A stretch of 64,000 nucleotides of DNA from Candidatus Nanoarchaeia archaeon (GTDB lineage: Archaea; Nanobdellota; Nanobdellia; WJKC01), in assembly GCA_041653515.1 (NCBI GenBank), contig JBAZFG010000004.1:6568-70567 (forward strand), written 5' to 3'. The notes beneath the pieces were generated by a model, which made no database searches, had not been told where the DNA came from, and worked only from the letters and a program-made list of their open reading frames with translations. A program made the translations under genes and the position numbers. Below are positions 58,070 through 64,000 of this stretch, one piece after another (the stretch's first letter is position 1; each line of letters starts with the position of its first letter).

Positions 58070-59005
58070 TGTTCTTTCACTTTGATTAATATCAATTCTT
58101 GACTTAACCCCTGACTCATACATCTTCAAGCCCAACAAACCAATCATCGCGCCATTATCAACACAATACTCCATCGGTGGCGCGCTAAACTTAGCGCCAC
58201 GCTCATCACACATAATCTTACACATCTCACGCAAGCGCTTATTAGATGCCACGCCGCCAGTTAGAATTAACTCATTCTTCTGACAATGAGCAAGGGCTCG
58301 CTCAGACACTTCAATCAGCATTGCAAAAACAGTCTCTTGTAACGAATAACACAAATCATCAAGCTTATGGTCTTTTAGTTTCTGACGCAAGTTAGTTAAG
58401 ATGCCAGTTAAGCTCACATCCATACCCTTAACAACGTAAGGCAGTGGAATGTACTTGCCCTTCAAGGCTTTCTGCTCGATTACTGGACCACCTGGAAAAG
58501 GAATGCCAGCGTAACGAGCAAAAGAGTCAATAAAATTACCCACACCCATATCAAGTGTTTCAGCAAACACACGATAACGACCACCCTGATAAGCAATAAC
58601 TTGAGTGTTAGCCCCACTAGTGTATAATACAACCGGGTCATTAAAGCCAGTAAGCTGTCGTGCGACCTCAACATGCGCAATACAATGATTAACACCTATT
58701 AGTGGGATTTTTAATGATTGAGCCAGCGTCTGAGCAGCTACTAAGCCAACGCGCAGTGAATGGCCAATGCCCGGTGCCCGGCTAAAAGCAATCAAGTTAA
58801 TATCACTGTAATCAATGCTTGCCTTACGCACAGCAGCATTGATGATGTCAGCAGCCCTAGAAGCAATGAAATCACTAGCTTCTCGAGGATGAATACCACC
58901 ACTAACAGGATGATAAGTCTCCTTAACATTAGATAAAATCTTACCATCAAATACTACTCCAACACCAAACGTATGAGCAGTTGACTCAATACCAAGACAA
59001 ATCAT
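58043..59005 (-). CDS. kae1: Kae1/TsaD N6-threonylcarbamoyladenosine synthase (KEOPS)
   Basis: MICLGIESTAHTFGVGVV, HCIAHVE and GGVASN. Start set at the internal Met. Last codons DEVIVKWR* lie within the repeated segment. Confidence 0.85.
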   Translation of the reverse strand: MICLGIESTAHTFGVGVVFDGKILSNVKETYHPVSGGIHPREASDFIASRAADIINAAVRKASIDYSDINLIAFSRAPGIGHSLRVGLVAAQTLAQSLKIPLIGVNHCIAHVEVARQLTGFNDPVVLYTSGANTQVIAYQGGRYRVFAETLDMGVGNFIDSFARYAGIPFPGGPVIEQKALKGKYIPLPYVVKGMDVSLTGILTNLRQKLKDHKLDDLCYSLQETVFAMLIEVSERALAHCQKNELILTGGVASNKRLREMCKIMCDERGAKFSAPPMEYCVDNGAMIGLLGLKMYESGVKSRIDINQSERTDEVIVKWR

Positions 59006-59059
59006 TAAAAGTAAAATAAACAATTGAGTTTATAAATATGTAACTCTGAACAAGTCAAT

Positions 59060-59557
59060 ATGTCACAAAGAACCTTTGATAGTATATACCAAAAATTAAG
59101 CAGGAAATACCCTAAAATAACTGGTTTTAATCATAAATTGATTGAGAATTATAACAAGGCATTAAAACTAATTAATAAAAACAATTTAATAATAATCAAT
59201 GATTTCTTTTTCACAAAACTAGGCACCTGCCTAACTTTATACAAACAAGAATCAAGCAATGATTACTGCGTGACACTAACAACAAGCGTTAATGATGAAT
59301 TAATAATGACTGGCTTATACGACAAGGGTGATATGATAATTGGCGGCCACTGCACCACTAAATTAGTTGAGCATGAATCAATTATTGATGACTTGGATAA
59401 ATTCACTAATGAAGTTCATAAAAGATTAAAGCCAAGAATAGTAGTCGCTGTCGCGCCAATAGAAAATATATCAAGTATGATTAATGACGATGTATTCCTG
59501 CCAGACCAAATAAAAACAATTAATACACTAAAGGAAATACTGCTAAAATCTATTTAA
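59060..59557 (+). CDS. Hypothetical protein
   Basis: 165-aa ORF. Confidence 0.35.
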   Translation: MSQRTFDSIYQKLSRKYPKITGFNHKLIENYNKALKLINKNNLIIINDFFFTKLGTCLTLYKQESSNDYCVTLTTSVNDELIMTGLYDKGDMIIGGHCTTKLVEHESIIDDLDKFTNEVHKRLKPRIVVAVAPIENISSMINDDVFLPDQIKTINTLKEILLKSI

Positions 59558-59756
59558 TCTCAACATAACCGCATTTACCACAAACATGACGATTCTGGTG
59601 GTCAGCCATGAACACGCCAGGACCACAACGAGGACAATAAACTGCGCGCTTAACAGAGTCACCTTCAACAGTGTACTTAGCGTACTTCTTACTAGACTCA
59701 TGTCCCTTGCGCTCCTTCTTACCCTTACGAACCACTTTCTTCTTCTTAGCACCCAT
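59550..59756 (-). CDS. rps27ae: Ribosomal protein S27a (eS31)
   Basis: CPRCGPGVFMADHQNRHVCGKCGYV zinc ribbon and basic N-terminus. Confidence 0.8.
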   Translation of the reverse strand: MGAKKKKVVRKGKKERKGHESSKKYAKYTVEGDSVKRAVYCPRCGPGVFMADHQNRHVCGKCGYVEIK

Positions 59757-59757
59757 T

Positions 59758-60087
59758 TTAAGCCTCAGCCTCCGCAGATTCAGTCACAACGCCTTCCTTC
59801 TTTGCTTCAATAAGATTATTACGCTTCAATAAATATTGAGACTCATAATCATTCATCTCATCAGTATTCTTGTAAACACGCGCATTACCAATTGTTCGGC
59901 CAATACCAAACAAAGTTTTAAAACCATCAATAACAACAAGCGATGAATCACCACCAACCTTCTTAGCTAATAAAAGTCTAACATCAATTAATTTAGGTGT
60001 TGGCTCACCATCATGAACTACTTCAAACCGAATCTCATTACGATTAAATAAAAGGTTCTCAGTCTCGTTTAATAATTTAACATCCAT
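59758..60087 (-). CDS. rps24e: Ribosomal protein S24e
   Basis: NLLFNRNEIRFEVVHDGEPTP...RTIGNARVYK. Confidence 0.8.
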   Translation of the reverse strand: MDVKLLNETENLLFNRNEIRFEVVHDGEPTPKLIDVRLLLAKKVGGDSSLVVIDGFKTLFGIGRTIGNARVYKNTDEMNDYESQYLLKRNNLIEAKKEGVVTESAEAEA

Positions 60088-60088
60088 T

Positions 60089-60271
60089 TTATTGTTTCAC
60101 CTTCAAAGCGTACTTGCCTGGCTTTAATTCCATTGCCTTAGCAATATCACTATTCTCATCATAAATCATTAATAAACCATTCCATTTAGCACTTAACTTA
60201 GGGTTACCACAAACAGGACAAGTCTTAGCGTCAGTCACTGCTTTACACTTAACACAAGCCTTATCAACCAT
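60089..60271 (-). CDS. spt4: Transcription elongation factor Spt4 (RpoE'')
   Basis: KACVKCKAVTDAKTCPVCGN Zn-ribbon. Located downstream of rpoE'. Confidence 0.7.
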   Translation of the reverse strand: MVDKACVKCKAVTDAKTCPVCGNPKLSAKWNGLLMIYDENSDIAKAMELKPGKYALKVKQ

Positions 60272-60846
60272 TAAGCTTCAGCCTCCTTCTTCTTAGATGC
60301 TTTCTTAACAGGCGCCACTTTCTTCTCAAACCAAGACAAAACACCCATGCCTTCCTGCCTCATGGTTAAACCAACTTTAGCAGTCTGTAAGTTCTTCAAA
60401 TTAGCAGCAATAACCCTAGCGCGAATCTTATCACCAACTTTCAAAACGCGATTAGAATCCTTACCAGCCATTGAACCAGTTTTTGAATAAGAAACGAAAT
60501 CATCCATTATCTGCGATTTATGAATTAAACCTTCAATCGGACCAATCTTAGCAAAAGCCCCAAACTCAGCAATCTCAGTAATAATACCCTCAACTACTTC
60601 CTGAACAACTGGTTTATAAGCTAAAATAGTGAAAACAACATCATAATAAACAGCGCCATCACCAGCCACAATAACACCATCACCTATGTCTAATACTTCA
60701 ATAACACCTAAGAATAAGCCTTCCTCTAAGTCCAGAACGCCTTCAAAGTCAGTCCTAACGCTTTCCTCAACTGACTCAGCTATCTTCTTGCCGAACAAGT
60801 GAGGCGGCACCCTTATTTTTGATTTTAACTTTAATTCAGTGTACAT
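60271..60846 (-). CDS. rpoE: RNA polymerase subunit E' (Rpb7 homolog, S1 domain)
   Basis: N-terminal RVPPHLFGKKIAESV and C-terminal S1 domain GDKIRARVIAANLK. Confidence 0.8.
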   Translation of the reverse strand: MYTELKLKSKIRVPPHLFGKKIAESVEESVRTDFEGVLDLEEGLFLGVIEVLDIGDGVIVAGDGAVYYDVVFTILAYKPVVQEVVEGIITEIAEFGAFAKIGPIEGLIHKSQIMDDFVSYSKTGSMAGKDSNRVLKVGDKIRARVIAANLKNLQTAKVGLTMRQEGMGVLSWFEKKVAPVKKASKKKEAEA

Positions 60847-60855
60847 TTTTTTTAC

Positions 60856-61224
60856 TCAACCCATTATCACAAAGTGATTTTTTTGACGTAATATGACTAC
60901 ACGCAAGCTATTATTTAAAAGCTTTTTCTTTAAAAGCCTATCCTGAGTCAGGACCAGCGCCTTATTAGGACGCGCGTACTCAACAATCAAATCATCAACT
61001 GACGATGCTTTCAAATCAGTTTTAATTATTTTTAAGCCATTCCTCAAACCTAAATCAATAATTGACTCCCATTGGCGTGGTTTAAGCCCTTTAAGCTCAT
61101 TAACACAAGCCTCAAGCGTTACTAACTCAGCTCCAGGCACCAAATCCTTAACCCCTTGATAAGGGTTAACTTTAAACATAAAAGGAATTAATAACGCGTT
61201 AGTGTCAAAGATAACCTGCGTCAT
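60856..61224 (-). CDS. PIN-domain protein (Fcf1/VapC-like RNase fold)
   Basis: N-terminal VIFDTNALLIP acidic PIN signature. Conserved position upstream of rpoE'. Confidence 0.5.
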   Translation of the reverse strand: MTQVIFDTNALLIPFMFKVNPYQGVKDLVPGAELVTLEACVNELKGLKPRQWESIIDLGLRNGLKIIKTDLKASSVDDLIVEYARPNKALVLTQDRLLKKKLLNNSLRVVILRQKNHFVIMG

Positions 61225-62141
61225 AAAGCGTCCTGTATTTTTGGCACGACTTGCTTCTTACGGCTCATCACGCCAGGCAACAAAACTTCATTATCCTTTG
61301 ATTTCTTGCCAAAAGCGTTCTCAATAATAACAGTATCACCAGTAAACCATAAACGAGTCACTTCACTGATAATATTAGTAACCATTAAACAAGCCAGTTT
61401 CAAGCCGCCAGCAACCCTAACTGACTCAAGCTCTTTTAATAACTCATCCTTGCGCTCATCAGCCTCAACATAATCAACCACTTCTAATTGACCAATACCA
61501 TACTTAAAACAATCCTTATCAAACGCCTTAAAGTCAATCATAATAACCTCATTAGCAGTTAGTTTCTTAATACTGGCCTTAGCTTTCTTGACTTCAAGAC
61601 CGAATGGCACTAAATCAAGCTTGGCTATCTTATTTAATTGCTCAGCCAACCGACGGTCCTTATCAGTTGTTGTCGGCGACTTAAAAATAACAGTATCAGA
61701 GAGTATGGCTGCGAGCAACGCTGAAGCTAATTGTTTACTCAGCGGGACTTTATGATAAAAGAAGAAATCAGCCACAATAGTAGCAGTCGAGCCAACTGGT
61801 TCAGCGTGAAATAATATTGGGGAACTAGACTGGAAACCACCAACCTTATGATGGTCAATAATCTCGAAAATAATTGCTTGGTCAGCGCCGTCAACTACTT
61901 GACCCATCTCATTATGATCAACTAATATGAGCTTCTTACCAGCAGCATCTGATAATAGTTCAGGCGCAGGCAACTTAAAGCGATTCAACACATACTCAGT
62001 TTCAGGGTTAAGCGCGCCAGCCCTGGCAGGCAAGTACTCATCATCAAGGTCAACTAATGACTTGAACTTAGCATAAGCTATTGCAGCAACCACTGAATCA
62101 GTATCAGGGCACTTATGACCAATAACATAAATCTTTGCCAT
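61221..62141 (-). CDS. DHH-family phosphoesterase (family II inorganic pyrophosphatase / NrnA-like)
   Basis: IGHKCPDTDSVVAA, LVDHNE and GGFQSS blocks. Start set at the internal ATG 62141 (MAKIYVIGHK). Confidence 0.6.
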   Translation of the reverse strand: MAKIYVIGHKCPDTDSVVAAIAYAKFKSLVDLDDEYLPARAGALNPETEYVLNRFKLPAPELLSDAAGKKLILVDHNEMGQVVDGADQAIIFEIIDHHKVGGFQSSSPILFHAEPVGSTATIVADFFFYHKVPLSKQLASALLAAILSDTVIFKSPTTTDKDRRLAEQLNKIAKLDLVPFGLEVKKAKASIKKLTANEVIMIDFKAFDKDCFKYGIGQLEVVDYVEADERKDELLKELESVRVAGGLKLACLMVTNIISEVTRLWFTGDTVIIENAFGKKSKDNEVLLPGVMSRKKQVVPKIQDAL

Positions 62142-62217
62142 TAAATAGAGGATAATCAGAAAGCGGTTTTTAAAGTTTACTAAGATATTTAAGCCGCTGG
62201 GAATTAATAAATAATTA

Positions 62218-63120
62218 ATGACAGTCAGTAATATTGTAATACAAAACATAAGGAATATTAATGATAAACCTGACGTTAATCTAAAGGATATTAAAATAAA
62301 AGACCTTTACAGCTTAAGAGAAGCAATTATTTTCTTCTCACTTAAGAGAATATTATCAGAGAAATTTGGCAAAAGCGATTTTGTAATATACGTTTTTTAC
62401 GACCACCCAGGATTTACTGCAGCGAACAAGGAAGCACCTTATGTTGAAATACTAGGCGAGACAGATTATTCTTTTAGCGAACCGATTGACCCAAATTACA
62501 ATGGCAATATTGATTTATTCATAGTTAACAAAGAATGGCAGGATTACAACCCAAAAACAATGTTTAATTCATTAAGTAAAATTGAGAACTCAAAAATAGT
62601 TTTAAAACAAAACTTAATAAAAGGTAATTATGAACTTGATATTGATGAAGACTTGTTTAAAAGAACAGAGTTTAACAAAATAAGTAATAAAGAAGAATTC
62701 AAAGAATTAAACAAAGTATTATTAGATATTCAAAGCCAATTAATAACCCAAAAGATTGGTGACAAAATAATTATTTTCAGAAAAAACATCAGTGACAAGT
62801 TCTTAGAAAAAGAAAACGTATTCAAGAATAAATTCCTAACAGGAATAACTTTTGATGCATCAATAGCTGAGCGCTCAGGAAAAAGGTGGTTTCAGATAGT
62901 TAATATTTCTGACAATGCCAAGACAAGTAATAATATTAAGAAACTTGAATGCGCCAAGAAATGGATTGAAGACGAATTCATAAGCAAACAAGAATTAATT
63001 AACAAAATAAAAAAAGTAAGCGCAATAATTTTTAATGAAATGAGCAATGAGATGCCAAAACTGGATGAGGATAGTTTAAAACCAATAGTTGATGAAGTTT
63101 ACAAATTACTCATCAATTAA
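62218..63120 (+). CDS. Hypothetical protein
   Basis: 300-aa ORF. Confidence 0.35.
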   Translation: MTVSNIVIQNIRNINDKPDVNLKDIKIKDLYSLREAIIFFSLKRILSEKFGKSDFVIYVFYDHPGFTAANKEAPYVEILGETDYSFSEPIDPNYNGNIDLFIVNKEWQDYNPKTMFNSLSKIENSKIVLKQNLIKGNYELDIDEDLFKRTEFNKISNKEEFKELNKVLLDIQSQLITQKIGDKIIIFRKNISDKFLEKENVFKNKFLTGITFDASIAERSGKRWFQIVNISDNAKTSNNIKKLECAKKWIEDEFISKQELINKIKKVSAIIFNEMSNEMPKLDEDSLKPIVDEVYKLLIN

Positions 63121-63617
63121 AAATTACTAGTAAAAACATTAACTCTGTCAGCGTAATTAACCAACTCATCAATGATTTCATCGTGGCGCGCACCAACTAT
63201 TATGGCTGCATCACAATTATTATTGCTTAAGTATTCTTTAATATAACCAAGCATCTCACTGTTAGTCGCCTGATTATAATCATCATGATGAATTGTCAAC
63301 TCGCAAGTATTAACATCAAGACTTACACCAGCAAACAGATTATAATTAGAACCAATCGGGATAATCTTCACGTCATTCTTGCGCGCATTAAGGATTAACT
63401 CCTTGACAGCAGGCATTAAAAAAATACAATCCTTACAATACTCATCAAAACATTGCTCTGGGCTAATTGAATCATTATTATAATCATCAATCAAAGCCAT
63501 CACCCCATCAGTACGCCTGATTAATTCAGTCAATAATGGCAAGCCATTAACCTTCTCAAGAAATAAGCCAAGTGACTCTGTATCAGTATGATTATCCAAT
63601 AGGATTTTTAGTTCCAT
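63117..63617 (-). CDS. Hypothetical protein
   Basis: 166-aa ORF. Confidence 0.35.
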   Translation of the reverse strand: MELKILLDNHTDTESLGLFLEKVNGLPLLTELIRRTDGVMALIDDYNNDSISPEQCFDEYCKDCIFLMPAVKELILNARKNDVKIIPIGSNYNLFAGVSLDVNTCELTIHHDDYNQATNSEMLGYIKEYLSNNNCDAAIIVGARHDEIIDELVNYADRVNVFTSNF

Positions 63618-63700
63618 GAGTATTCAGATGAAACTAATTGATTTAAATAATTTACCATTAAGTGAAAAGATTTATAAGGAGGTTGGATTTTCTTTTCTCC

Positions 63701-64000
63701 ATGGCAAAGCTTAGACCAGCGATTTGTTATAAAACGCCTAAGAGACCTTACACAAGGGTTTCAAAGTATAAACGAGCGTCATTTGTTACAGGTGTGCCTG
63801 GGTCAAAAATTAGGAAGTTTGATATGGGCCAAACTAATGGAGATTTTGAGATTGAAGTTGGTTTCAAATGCCATGATAACATCCAAATAAGACATAATGC
63901 TTTAGAAGCATTCCGTATCAGCGCTAATAGGAATCTTGAGAAAAAATTAGGCAAGAATAATTATCACTTAAAACTAAAAATATACCCTCATCATGTTATG
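63701..64000 (+). CDS. rpl10e: Ribosomal protein L10e (uL16), 5' fragment running off the window end
   Basis: ATG 63701. MAKLRPAICYKTPKRPYTRVSKYKRASFVTGVPGSKIRKFDMGQ... matches the L10e N-terminus. TATA-like TTTATAA about 30 nt upstream. Absent from the ORF track because no stop lies in the window. Confidence 0.8.
   Translation, partial: MAKLRPAICYKTPKRPYTRVSKYKRASFVTGVPGSKIRKFDMGQTNGDFEIEVGFKCHDNIQIRHNALEAFRISANRNLEKKLGKNNYHLKLKIYPHHVM

Noticed and set aside
57888-58070. Repeat-spacer-repeat-spacer-repeat layout resembling a mini CRISPR array
   Set aside because: Only three repeats. The repeats are the kae1 end / bud32 start rather than a dedicated CRISPR repeat. One spacer is a known genomic repeat (the GC-rich core). 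No cas genes nearby.

Overview
AT-rich archaeal chromosome segment, most consistent with a DPANN/Nanoarchaeota-like lineage. The supporting signs are a fused PriS-PriL(CTD) primase, a split RNAP B subunit, canonical 37/38 introns in 3 of 4 tRNAs, eukaryote-type ribosomal proteins, and heavy use of GGAGGTGA Shine-Dalgarno sites with ATGA start/stop overlaps.

Most of the window is conserved informational core:
- S27e-aIF2alpha-PAC2
- L7Ae-S28e-L24e-ndk
- aIF5B, S6e, aIF2gamma
- rpoH-B''-B'-A'-A''-L30e-NusA-S12-S7-[insert]-EF2-EF1alpha-[insert]-S10
- kae1-bud32
- rpoE'-spt4-S24e-S27a
- DHH phosphoesterase, iscS-iscU, class III RNR nrdD-nrdG
- a 5-gene operon of secreted or lipobox surface proteins with CARDB-like motifs, and two cysteine-rich lipoproteins.

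Several recurrent non-coding features sit on top of this ordinary core, and they are the most interesting part of the window:
- Short hairpin-bearing inserts (50-150 bp) lie exactly at gene termini and are flanked by long (16-40 bp) direct duplications of the gene start or end. In several cases these ghost termini differ from the live gene only by synonymous changes.
- A 51-bp GC-rich palindromic element (GGGGGG-ACA-CCCCCC) occurs at two of these loci.
- A structured element with a covarying hairpin, inserted into a partial T-arm/acceptor duplicate, lies downstream of tRNA-Tyr and tRNA-Lys. A degenerate third copy is also present.

Two further points stand out:
- The glycyl-radical domain of NrdD is encoded in a separate, SD-led 50-codon ORF that overlaps the end of the catalytic ORF in another frame.
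- NrdD carries an NrdR-like Zn-ribbon plus tandem ATP-cones at its N-terminus.
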